Source: Squalus acanthias
Taxonomy: Eukaryota
Assembly: GCA_030390025.1 (NCBI GenBank)
Contig: CM059432.1
Coordinates: forward strand, 55,554,001 to 55,618,000
Reading direction: 5' to 3'
DNA: 64,000 bases
Shown in pieces: positions 50,660-62,749 of the stretch. Each line of letters opens with the position of its first letter. Position 1 is the stretch's first letter. The position numbers and the translations under genes were made by a program. The notes under the pieces are model-generated. The model did no database searches, was not told the DNA's origin, and saw only the letters and a list, made by a program, of their open reading frames with translations.

Positions 50660-52225
50660 AAATATGGGGAAGTGTGAGGTCATCCACTTGGGTCTGAGAA
50701 AGACAATTTTTAATATTTTCTTAGTTATGAGACTAAGGGGTAAAAATTGAGTCGCGCCCCATTTGGGGCGCTAACCTCGCCGGGGCGCTACTTTTAGCGC
50801 CCCGAAAAAATTAGCGGCCCCGCGCCGGAACTTCAGTGGTTGCGCCCCAAGAGGGAAGCGGGGCGCCACTGGAAGCACCCCGCATCCCTCTTGGGGCGCT
50901 GCGAGGGAATATCCTGGCGCTACGTGCCGCAGCGCCAGTCGCTGTGGCACGTCGCGCCGCGGTATTGCAGGCTTTCCTCCCCTTCTTAAAGGGGAGGGAC
51001 CCTGCGCAGCGCGAACCGGGGCCCAGCTGGGCCCCCAGGGATCGGGAGTGCCGGCAAAAGAGCCCGGCACTCAAGAGAAGTGCCGGGCTCTTGGAGCGCA
51101 GCCGGCACTTCACGGTGGGGGGGCTTCACGGGGGCCGGGGACAGCAACGGGGGCAGGTGCTGGCAGGCGGCCAGCAACAAAAATGGCCGCCTGCCACCTC
51201 CCCTTTAAATATCGCCGCCCTGGCCGCACGTACGCCTCCCTGAACCCGTCGGACATAGCGTCTGGCGGTAAATCAGGGGGCGCGACTGAAGATCGCGGCT
51301 GGAGCGCGAGCGGGGTGCTGCGCACGGCGATGACGTCATCGCCGGCGGCGCAGCGCCACAGGGCGCTACCGGCTGGCGCCGCCGCTAACCTCCCGCTGAA
51401 TTTTTCGGGAGGCGTGGGCGGCGCTGCGCCCAGGCGTTAGCTGCTTTACGCCCCATTAGCGCCCTCTTAAGGCGCTAACGGGAGGCGCAAGCAGCTGAAT
51501 TTTTCCCCCTAAGAGCTGTGTAGAAACAAAGGGATTTACTTGCCCATGTACACAAATCATTAAAAGCTAGTGCACAGGTACAAAAAGTAATCAGAAAGGT
51601 GAATGGAATGTTGGTCTTTACCTCAAGGGGATTGGAATACAAAAGTAAGGAAGTGATGCTTCAGTTGTACATAGCCTAGGTCAGACTCCACCTGAAGTAC
51701 TACGTTCAGTTTTGGGCACTGAATCTCAGCAAAGATATACTGACCTTGAAAGGGGTACAGCGCAGATTCAGCAAAATGATACAAGGATTAAGGGGATAAA
51801 TTATGAGGGCAGGTTACATAAACTTGGTTTGTATTCCCTTGAGTTTAGAAGGTTGAGGGGTGATCTAGTTGAGGTGTTTAAAATTATAAAGGAATTATAT
51901 AGGTAGATACAGAGAAACTATCTCCTCTGGTGGGGGAATCCAAAACAAGAGGGCATAATTTTAAAATTGGAACAAGGCTGTTTAGGAGTGAATCAGGAAG
52001 CACTTGTTCATACAAGGGTAATGGAAATCTGGAACTCTCTCACCCTAAAGGCGGTGGATGCTGGGTCAATTGATATTTTCAAGACTGAGTTCGATAGATT
52101 TTTGTTGGGAAAGGGTATCAAGGGATATGAAGCAAAAACGAGTAAAAGGAGTTGAGGTAAAGATCAACCATGGCCGAACTGAATGGCGGAATAGCTCGAG
52201 GGGCTGAATGGCCTACTCCTGTTCC
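50660..52225 (+). mobile_element. CR1 3' fragment split by a Harbinger MITE
   Basis: KCEVIH before the MITE; QRDL...YEGRLHKLGLYSLEFRRLRGDL and CR1 3' UTR after it. Confidence 0.85.
50737..51509. mobile_element. Young CpG-rich Harbinger-type non-autonomous element
   Basis: TIRs ggggtaaaaatt / aatttttccccc with a canonical TAA TSD; termini shared with 9723-10616. Confidence 0.85.
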
Positions 52226-52699
52226 AGTTATTGAATATTGCCTAAAATGTGTTCTTTTACTTGGGCTCTGATGTTTCCCATCTCCTACTGACCTCTGATG
52301 ATAGAGGAAGATTTCTCTTGATGGGGGTTTTCTTCCTCACCTTTGTAACTTTAATCTTTGCAAATTTTAATCACACAGCATATCACTCCCATTTTACCAG
52401 CACCACAACATACAGCCATCTTGCAGCTGCTGCTGACATGCTATCCCCGATCCCTGAACAAATTGGGAGAGGGGGCTTATGTCAGTGTAGGAGGGGGCAT
52501 GGCCGCCTTCTCCCAGGGATTTCCTTTAGTTCAGTGAATGCACAGATAGATAAGCATTATGCTGACAAATGGGTTGTCAAAGGCTGGCAAAGGCTATCTT
52601 GCAGGTGCCAGTGGCATCTGAATTCACCTGTCAAGTCTACAGGACGGACAGAACCTGAATAATACACTTGGTTTTGACATCCCTGTGCAGTGCCTCAGG

Positions 52700-53482
52700 A
52701 GATCATAGAATGGTTACAGCACAGGAGGCCATTCGGCCCGTCGAGCCCATGCCGGCTCTCTGCAAGAGCATTTCAGCTCGTCCCACTCCCCCGCCCTTTC
52801 CCTGTAGCCCTGTAATTTTTTTTCCCTTCAGGTACTTATCCAATTCCCTTTTGAAAGCCACGATTGAATCTGCCTCCACCAACCTTTCAGGCAGAGCATT
52901 CCAGATCCTAACCACTCGCTGCGTAAAAAAGTTTTTCCTCATGCCGCCTTTGGTTCTTCTGCCAATCACCTTAAATCTGTGTCCTCTGGTTCTCGACCCT
53001 TTTGCCAATCGGAACAGTTTCTCTCTATCTACTCTGTCTAGACCCCTCATGATTTTGAACACCTCTATCAAATCTCCTCCCAACTTTCTCTACTCTAAGG
53101 AGAGCAACCCCAGCTTCTCCAGTCTATCCACGTAACTGAAGTCCCTCATCCCTGGAACCTTTCTTGTAAATCTTTTCTGCACCCTCACTAAGGCCTTCAC
53201 ATCCTTCCTAAAGTGCGGTGTCCAGAATGGGACACAATACTCCAGTTGCGGCCGAACCAGTGTTTTATACAGGTTCATCATAACTTCCTTGTTTTTGTAC
53301 TCTATGCCTCTATTTATGAAGCCAAGGATTCCGTATGCTTTTTTAACTGATTTTTCAACCTGCCCTGCCACCTTCAATGATTTGTGCACATATACCCCCA
53401 GGTCTCTCTGTTCATGCACCCCCTTTAGGATTGTACCCTTTAGTTTATATTGCCTCTCCTCACTCTTCCTATCAAAATGGAA
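52700..53482 (-). mobile_element. CR1 3' fragment (different subfamily)
   Basis: QRDLGVYVHKSLKV...LYKTLVRPQLEYCV.FW.PH...RKNFFTQRVVRIWNALP. Confidence 0.9.
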
Positions 53483-54189
53483 CATCTCCTGCACTATCTT
53501 GATCAACCTTCTCTGTTACCTCATTCTAAATTCCAAGTCTGCCACATTGTTCCTAGAACCACCCTCTCCCATGCCCCAGGAACCCTGGGTGCCCCATGTC
53601 AGTGTTCCCAGATCCTGGGAGCACACCTCAAAATACTGCTGGATCTGGAGATCGCATCCCAGTACAGATAGATCCCAGGGCCACTCCCAATGTTGATAAC
53701 TTAGTGTCTCTGGTAATTATACCCCTGTTTTTATAAAACCTCCAGCTCACAGTGAACAATGTCACAGGACATCTACTAGTTTAATTTATTGTCCCAGTGT
53801 TGACCAGATAATTTACGCATGACTATGCGAGACGTGAAATACTCCATATCATACCAATCGATTATATCGCCAACAGGAAGAGTAGGTCAGCCAGGTTTAC
53901 TTGATGACTGAGTCAACATAATTATAATCAGCCCCATGTATATTTTGGCCAAATTAAATCAGCAAAGTTGTGAGGTACCACTCCTACAGATCTGAAATCT
54001 CTTTTTCTAAAACCTACTTAAATGGGAAAGAAATTCTAGGGGGTGTACTTTTTGTTCAAAGTACTCCCCACATTTGAAGGAAAAATAATACTGAGAAGAA
54101 TTTCAGTTGACATTTTTTACAGTATCAGTAAAACTTTTCTTCCTCTTTAAGCATGTATTAGAAATTTACCTATTTAGTTAGTTTTATGA

Positions 54190-54370
54190 TCATAGAATTA
54201 CATAGAATGTATAGCACAGAAATAGGCCTTTCAGCCCAACTGGTCCATGCCAGTGTTTATGCTCCACACGAGCCTCCTCCCACCCCTCTTCATCTAATCC
54301 TATCAGCACAGCCTTCTATTCCTTTCTCCCTCATATGTTTTTCTAGTTACCACTTAATGCATCTATGCTA
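54190..54370 (-). mobile_element. CR1 3' tail remnant
   Basis: Homologous to the tail at 27873-28050 (ccatgcc.g.gtttatgctccac.cgagcctcctccc). Confidence 0.65.
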
Positions 54371-57300
54371 TCAAATATGCCTGTCCAGATTTTACCAGGA
54401 AAGTGTTATCCAACGTCCAAATTGTCAAACTAATACAGGGGTTAATATTTTGACAGATTTCACCAGCATCATAAGTAACAAACACCCTGAATATAACCAC
54501 CTTAAATCTCAGCATTCAGGCAATATTTCTTGCCAGATGTTAATTTTGATAGGACAGGAGGCATGACTGAACAGATGAGCAAAGCTAGAAAGCTGTAACA
54601 TACTTGTCATCTGTTAGTGCCATCACTTTGAATCGATTTTAAAATGAGTGAAAATAAAGTAACAGTAAATAAAATGCTCGTTAATGACAGTTAAATGCCT
54701 ATGCTGACAAAATCATACAGAATCAGATAGGTAAGCAAAAAATGAGTCCTACCTTAGATTCAGGGGGAGGTAATTTGAAACAAGATTCAATGTATCAGCA
54801 CAGCTGGTACTTATCTACATGCAAAAAGTCTTGCACCTAGCACACAATTCGTCCATCATACTTCAGATGTCACACTCTTCTGTATGTAAATTTTACACTT
54901 GATTGGATCAAGTTTCATATTCATAAAACAGCAATGTATCACAACTTAACAAGTAGACATCATCCAATCGAACATGAGGAAAGCAGGTAGATAAGCCTCC
55001 AATGAGTAAATATTAAAGACATATGTCACAATGAATCAAGGATCAGTAATCAGCAACATTTATCGATAAAAGAAAGACAGCAAATCAATCAAATTGCTTG
55101 AAATTATTTTTGAATTTTTTTAGCCACCACTAACCAACCATTGCAAGTAAGGTTCATAACTTAAGAACAACATAAAAAATTACAAAATTTTACAAGAAAA
55201 TGATTAAACCTACCCACACAATAGCATTTTATATGTTTGGAAGGTCTATAACAAGCTTTCCGTTGTAGGCTTGTGAGAAGCCTGAGCCTTGAGTTCATGC
55301 AGATGCTCAGGTATATCATTGTTAGCTGAAAGGACTCAAGGTAGCAGGCTATAGCTTCCGACATGCATCTATTGTGCACAAGGTCTAAAAATTTAAGAGT
55401 CACAAGATTGGCATTTCACAGATTTGCTGTTGGTAAGCCCCACCTAATGCAATGGAAAATTACAGCTGATGAAAAAACCACTGGAGAAGGATTTGGGCAG
55501 GAATGGCTTGGGGGCAGTGATGGGGCAGGCAAGTCAGAGCAAGCCAAGAGTGACTCTGGCATCGCAGGGCAGCTGCAAAGATCTCCCGCTCGCCCGAATA
55601 TTTTTTGACTAACTTGCCTCATCAGTCATTTGCTTGTATGGCCCGAGTGTTCCTTGGTCTTCCTGCTCACTTGCCTAACCCAAGTACTTTCGGGCCTTCT
55701 ACTCATTTGCCTGGCTCGAGTACTTGACAACCACGCACCCACCCCCCCACCCCCCCAGCACACTCGTCCAGCTCAAGTTTTGCCCAGCCTGTCCACACTG
55801 GGTGTCTTGTGCTCTCTGATCAAGCTGCCCTGAATGCTTCCCAGTTTGCTCATTCACCTGCCCACCTATCTTAACTCATTAAACTCAGCAAAAGTGTTCC
55901 CAACCCCCCTGCTCATCTGCCTATCTTGAAATTCTTGCAGATATGCCTTCTCTCATGCCCTGGCCTGCCTGTTTGCTCACCTGGCTGGGCCAAGTGCTTC
56001 ACTGGCCACCTGCCTACATACGTCCCAACCCACATAAAGTCACCCATGCCGAATGATACCCTTATCGGCCATCTGTCCAAATGTTTCCAAGTCCACCAAG
56101 ACGTGAAAAAGGAGAAAGAGTGCAAGAAGTGAAGGAAGAAGGTAAAGCAGATTGAGAAGTAAAGGGGAGAAAAGGGAACAACAAGTTACAGGAAGTGTAG
56201 AAAGAGTAAGAATTGAAGGAACAGGGAGAGAGAAAATGAGAAGTGAAACTGAAGAACAAGAGTGAGCAAAAAGTGAAGGAGAAAAGAAACAGAAGTGTTG
56301 TAGAAGAGGGAAAGAGAGAATTAGATAAGGACAGAAGTGCAAGAGAAACTAACAGAAATAGAGGAAAGGAGAGTAGGAAGTAGAAGAGCAGAGAAAGAGA
56401 CATGCAGAAGGAAGAGAATGAAGGAAAGAGATGTTCTTGCAGACATACTAGTACCAGCATCCTTAGCTAGGGGGCCTAATTAATATTTAAATGTCGGGAT
56501 CCAATGGTGTTATTCGGGCTACTACGGATCGTGTGTGCAATGCCCAATGCCGGACTCACCAGTGAAAGCTGACGGCAGACAGGATCATGGCCAAAAGAGG
56601 CCCAGGTAAGTTAGATTTTTTTTTAAGTTTCCTTGTGGGCTAGGAGATGCAGGAGTGACGCAAGGAAACCTTGGGCGTCCCTGCCCCATGCTTTCCTTCC
56701 CTTCCCCCCGATCATGATCATCTCTGCCCCACCCCCACCCACCCCTGGACAATTTACCTCCTGTCAGGAACCGTTCCCTCAGGTCCCCGGCGGCTTTATC
56801 CTGCCGCCCGAAATCCTGTTCCCGCCTGCCGACCTCCTCATCATTTCTGCTAGGTTCAAGCATGAGCCAGCCTTTGTTCATTTTGATGAGGCTCGGGAGT
56901 TAAAATGGGGCAGGTCTGATACCAGCAGCGTCATGGGCGCTTCCCGCCTGCCCCGCCCCGCCCCAGCCCCTGCATACCGCACTCACGCCCCAAGCTAAAG
57001 TCGAGCTTTAGTCTCTTCTGTTGTATGTTTTCTGCACTACTTGTTTGCAGCTTCTGCTTCTTGCCACCCCACCCCCACTCTAGTGTGGTACCTAAATTGT
57101 GCTGCCAGTCAACCCTTGTGCCCTGTTCCTGGGGCTGGCCACCCATGGCCCTGGGCCAGTACTCAAGGTACTTGACTGCTTCCAGCCACAGTCTCCCCTC
57201 TCATATTTCAGTTTGTTGTCCTGAAGGAGTGCTCCCTGTTTGAAAGTGAGAGTCTATGATTTGCTATTAAGTATTCTGGGTTACATTTAAAATAGCAACA

Positions 57301-58589
57301 GTGTAGCAAGGCTGTGCTATGGAACAACAGCATGCCACTTCTCCCACGGTGATCTTCCTTTGCTATTAAAGGCTTTTACCAGAACCCAGTGTCCAATTTT
57401 TTCTCTTCTTTAGCAGGCTGCAGTCAGAGGTGAGAGATGTTGCTTTGGTGATCTGCAATTTGCTCAAGAAGATTTACCAAGGGCTTGAAATAGCACAGAA
57501 TCTCAATCATTCATTCACAAACTTCTTGATTCAGGAATGTAGCCAAAGCAGCAGCAGTGATGATTCACCACCAATAAATGGTATCACCACTACCAGTCAC
57601 AGCCAAATATTTTCCTTTTAAAAGCTACTGTAATTAACACAGAATCTGAAAATCTACAATGTAAGAGGTCCTGAAGATGCCGTTCCTCAGACAGTCCAAT
57701 ACAGTTTGCCTATCGGGCATCGACTACCACAAACATGCCATTTCTCCTGCAAGCTCATCTTTTGTTCAGCTTTTTGCAACTGAATTCAAAGTGGATTGCA
57801 TCTGAATTCAAAATGAATTTCATAGCTGAATGATCAAGATTCCATGCTCCCCAAATCCTTGATGAATGATCCTAAGTGAGGCACAGAGCATTGTAGCAAC
57901 AAACCTTACCTCTCTGACTGAAGCCTGCTAAAGAAGAAAGTAACTTGCTTGAATCATGAATATCAAGAGGACTGTAAAGATAGGCCATGTTGTCTTTTGT
58001 ATCAATATCAATGATTAGTGAGCATCCTAAATAAGATGGAAAGGAATTCAATCACAGTTTGGTTGATTACAGAGTTCTGACCATTTAAAGACATTCTAAA
58101 ATGTTACTTGAGGACAACTGGTCTCAATTGAGAATAACTGAGGTGGATATAAAAGATGCTGTAATGTCACAGCAGTCACTCATAGGTCTCCCTTTTTGAG
58201 TCAGGGGTCTGTACGTACAATGCATGGTGTTAAAGTAAAATTGAACATAGGCTGGATGCTCTATTCATTCAACCACATTCCCCCAACTTTCTGCCAAATC
58301 TCAGTTTGGCAGGATGCTTTATATATACACATATATAATTGTTACTTAAATGATCTATCATTAGGGCAAGTGATTTGGCACAGTACGACATTCCATGACA
58401 AATCCTACAAATGTCTACACTTACCGCATGTCGTGCAATTTGCTGAACAAGTATCACAATTTTGCATAATACGTCCCAGAAGAAGTGAAAATACCAGTTT
58501 CTGAGTGGATCACAGCGATAAAAAAATCACTTGCTACAACAAATCACTTTCCCCAATGACCACTGAAACCAAACAAAAGTTATCTTGAC

Positions 58590-58746
58590 CTTCAGGGGAT
58601 AGAGGTGGCTGATCCGATTCAAGGTAGAGCTGAGAGAAGATTGGTCGAGGAGAAATACTGTTGGAGCGAAGTGATGCTTCTATTGAATTGTGAAGAGCCT
58701 CTTCAAAGCGTGCAGATTTCAGTTGCCCAGCATATGAATTTCCCAT
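58590..58746 (-). CDS. GREB1L: GREB1-like protein, first coding exon (157 coding nt)
   Basis: Acceptor gttttcag|aca then ATG at 58746. Translation [52 protein letters not shown]. Donor G|gtcaag at 58589, phase 1, joins the 24411 exon in frame. Confidence 0.95.
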
Positions 58747-59694
58747 TGTCTGAAAACAAGACAAAGCAACACCAATAAGCAATGAATAAACTAAAGAGCT
58801 AATTATTGGTATTCTCAGTATCAATCCTGGGATATTTAGAACATCAGGCTCCAACAGAATGGCAGAATTATCTAAAAAAAACAGCATGCCCCAAAAAACT
58901 TTAAAAACATACAACTTATTTAATCCTTTTTCATATAGTAGACCAGTTAAAAAAAAAATGTTACACGGCTTTACTTTTCCAAGATGCCTTGCAGTAAATG
59001 TTAGCTATTTGGTCATGCAGAGCACGTGTGGATAACGAAACGTTGGCAGAGATTCACGAGGCATTTTGGTAAATCTGGAGAATTCGTAAACCAGATTTGG
59101 AAGTTTTATTTCAAGCTGTTAACCACAGCATTTCACGTGGTAGCTGTAGGGAATTCCCACGGGTTCTGCAAGATGGAGTAAATCATCTGCGTATGTTACT
59201 CCAGCACCAGTACCCACTTCAGAAGAGAGGAGAAAAAAGGAGAATATTGGGGGAAACCCTTTCCTACCTATCGTAATGCTCTTTCCACTATTTCTACTGA
59301 CATACCTTCTTAGTCTTGTTATCGTAATGAGACAAGACGCACTACAGCAGTGAGATTTGACAGCATTCTCATTACCAGTGATAGTGGACCGTTATCTACA
59401 TGAAGCCAGTCTGCATGGAGAAAGCAGATGGCTGGCTGTAAAGGTAAAACTATTTAACCCTAGTAAATGCCATCTAAGATTTAAGGGCCTAGAAATTCGG
59501 CCTCGCAGTGCCCGTTTTTTGGATGCTAAACAGCTTTCTATGCTCCCAATATGGCAGGCAGGAAGCACGCGCACATTCCTGGCTGGAAATGCGCCGCCCT
59601 CCAAATGGGATAAGGCACAAGCGCCAGCAGCAGCAGTGCACGTTACGAATATTGTAAATGTCGCCCCCCCCCCACGCCCCGCCCCACCCCCGGC

Positions 59695-60682
59695 AAGTGA
59701 TACCAGCCCAATCACCCATCACTGTCTCCGCCCCCCCTCACCCCTGGCCAGTGATACTAGCCCAATCGCCCATCGCTATCTCCGCCCCCCACCCCCCTCA
59801 CCCCCGGCCAGTGATACTAGCCCAATCGCCCATCGCTATCTCACCCCCAACCCCCGGCCAGTGATACTAGCCCAATCGCCCATCGCTATCTCACCCCCCA
59901 CCCCCAGCCAGTGATACTAGCCCAATCGCCCATCGCTATCTCACCCCCCACCCCCGGCCAGTGATACTAGTCCAATCGCCCATCGCTATCTCCCCCCCCC
60001 CTCCCCCAGCCAGTGATACTAGCCCAATCGCCCATCGCTATCTCCCCCGCCTCCCCCAGCCAGTGATACTAGCCCAATCGCCCATCGCTATCGCCCTCCC
60101 CCCTCCCCCAGCCAGTGATACTAGCCCAATCGCCCATCGCTATCTCTCCCGCCTCACTCCCGGCCAGTGATACTAGCCCAATCGCCCATCGCTATCTCCC
60201 CCCCCCTCCCCCAGCCAGTGATACTAGCCCAATCGCCCATCGCTATCTCCGCCCCCCCCCCTCACCCCCGGCCAGTGATACTAGCCCAATCGCCCATCGC
60301 TATCTCACCCCCCACCCCCGGCCAGTGATACTAGCCCAATCGCCCATCGCTGTCTCCCCCCCCCCCTCCCCCAGCCAGTGATACTAGCCCAATCGCCCAT
60401 CGCTATCTCCCTCCGCCCTCACCCCCGGCCAGTGATACTAGCCCAGTCGCCCATCGCTATCTCCCCCCCTCACCCTCGGCCAGTGATACTAGCCCAATCG
60501 CCCATCACTGTCTCCCCCCCACCACCTGGCCAGTGATACTAGCCCAGTCGCCCATCGCTATCTCCCCCCCTCACCCTCAGCCAGTGATACTAGCCCAATC
60601 GCCCATCACTGTCTCCCCCCCACCACCTGGCCAGTGATACTAGCCCAATCGCCCATCGCTGTCTCCCCCCCCACCACCCGGC
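59695..60682. repeat. Minisatellite of about 19 units: constant CCAGTGATACTAGCCCAATCGCCCATCGCTATCTC plus variable C-rich linker
   Basis: Directly visible. Lies downstream of a Harbinger-like terminus (taa|gggcctagaaatt at 59485). Confidence 0.95.
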
Positions 60683-60689
60683 CATGTCA

Positions 60690-61450
60690 GTGCCAGCTGT
60701 GGTTCAATTGGTAGCACACTCGCCTCTGAGTCAGAAGGTTGTGGGTTAAAGTCGCACTCCAGGGACTTGAGCACAAAATCTAGGCTGACGCTCCAGTGCA
60801 GTACTGAGGGAATGTTGCTCTGTCTTTCGGATGAGACATTAAACTGCCGCCCCGTTTGCCCCTCAGGTGGATGTAAAACAACAACAACTTGCATTTATAT
60901 AGCGCCATTAATGTAGTAAAACATGTAGTAGTCCCAAGGCGCCTCACAGCAGTGTTATCAAACAAAATTTCACACTGAGCTACATAAGGAGATATTAGAA
61001 TAGGTGACCAAAAGCTAGGCCAAAGAGGTAGATTTTTAGGAGCATCTTAAAGGAAGAAAGAGAGGTAGAGAGGCGGAGAGGTTTAGGCAGGGAATTCTAG
61101 AGCTTAGGGCCTAGGCAGCTGAAGGCACGGCCGCCAATGGTGGAGCGATTAAAATCAAGGATGTGCAAGAGGCCAGAATGGGGGGAGTGCAGAGGTCTCA
61201 GAGGGTTGTAGGGCTGAAGGAGGTTACAGAGATAGGGTGGGACAAGGCCATGGAGAGATCTGAACATGAGAATGAGAATTGCAAAATCGAGGCGTTGCTG
61301 GACCGGGAACCAATGTAGGTCAAAGATCGCAGGGGTGATGAGTGAATTAGGATACGGGCAGCAGATCCCAGGACACTATTTCAAGGAAGAGCAGGGGATT
61401 GCTTCCCGATGTCCTGGCCAATAATTATCCCTCAAATAACACCTAAAAAA
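60690..61450 (+). mobile_element. tRNA-derived Deu-domain SINE (SacSINE1-like) split by an antisense L2 3' fragment (60878-61362)
   Basis: Head tggttcaattggtagcac...gggttaaagtc; Deu-like gtctttcggatgagacattaaac...ctcaggtggatgtaaaa|...|agatcccaggacactatttc...gaagagcagggg. Confidence 0.75.
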
Positions 61451-62749
61451 ACCTTATATATTGCAACCAACAATGAGTCTGAGCTGAACTGGGTGCAAGG
61501 AATCACAGTCATTGCAAGTCTATCCAAACTTGGCAATAATAGTGAGGTACAGCACCAACCGATGGTCCCATTCCTAAACACTGTCCAGCTGGAAGTGTGT
61601 GCATGTGGATGTCAAATTACCTGTGATGACCCCCATTGTCAAACTGCCAGATGAAGAATGGCCACTCAGCAAGGCACCAGATGGCAACCAATTCCTGTGA
61701 AACCATACTCCAGCAAGTAATGGACACTTTCAAAAGAGAATGGGAGGGAAAAGTTCATTCTGTTTTACCACATTCTGTAGATGTTTCAAGGGAAGAATTT
61801 TTAATACCTTCTGTTTTAGAAATGTTTAATGTTACGCACTATACCATCCCACAACGTGTGGAAGAGGGTCGTGGGGTGAGGCGGGGGCGGATAAAAAACT
61901 TAAATATAAGGAACGCGTCCCAACCCACCATGCACGCACCCACCACCATTTTTAAGCCAGCGGATATTGGGGCATCCGAGTGTCCCGTCGTGGAGATGCG
62001 GGACACCTAATTAACATATTTTAATCGTGACAGCCAGGAAATCGGAGGGAAGTGGCTGCTCGGCTGTTAAAATCAGGCGGCTTGGACAGGTATGTGCGGG
62101 GCGGGGGGTGGTTGGGGGTTCTGCGCAGTCAGTAGTTTGGGAAGGGGTAGGAATCCAGTACAGGGAAGGCCTGCACTTACCTCGTAGGGCCCAGAAGAGC
62201 ACAGCGGTCCTATAAAGAAACAAAATAAACTCATCAGGAGAGGCCTCTTCTGCCGGTGACCAGCCTCCAGCCTAGTGGGAAAGCTGCAGGCCAATGTTAA
62301 AATGACAGTCGAGTCCTGATGATGTCATCAGGCCCCGATCTGCATATTTAAAGAAGGACCCTGCCAGCTTCAGGTGAGTGTCCTTGCCACCTGCAATTTA
62401 AAATTGCAGTTGACAGGATCGGGCCTGTAGTGGGAGCCTGGACTGACTTGAAAGTCAGAAAAGAAAATAGTGCCGGGTGGGAACCTTGGGCCAGTAAGTC
62501 AACTTGCCCGATTTTAAGCCCTCCTATGGACCGTTCCTGCCCAAAGGATGGGGTTTAAAAAGTCTCTCTCCCCTCATCCCCTCCATATTCCTGTACTTCT
62601 CACAGTAATGGCGGAACACGCAAGCTCTTTCTCTGTCATTTTGAACCACGTCCTAATGTTTATTGCAGCTACGGTGCAATATATATACGGTGCATGTATC
62701 TACGGTGCCAGCAATACTGATTTCGGCACAGCATCATTAGCTATGTAAG

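Noticed and set aside
50737..51509. CpG-island promoter or GC-rich ORFs
   Set aside because: The CpG-rich stretch coincides exactly with a TIR/TSD-bounded MITE that has a relative at 9723-10616.
56100..56430. Hydrophobic ORFs in purine-rich tracts (also 18600-18960 and 29600-29780)
   Set aside because: Low-complexity GA/CT sequence with no recognisable domain or splice support.
58534..58914. 126-aa ORF as a single-exon gene or N-terminal extension
   Set aside because: Only 58746-58590 matches GREB1L; a splice acceptor precedes the ATG by 3 nt and a donor follows.
59695..60682. CRISPR array
   Set aside because: Linkers are mutually similar poly-C tracts rather than unique spacers, there are no cas genes, and the context is a vertebrate intron.
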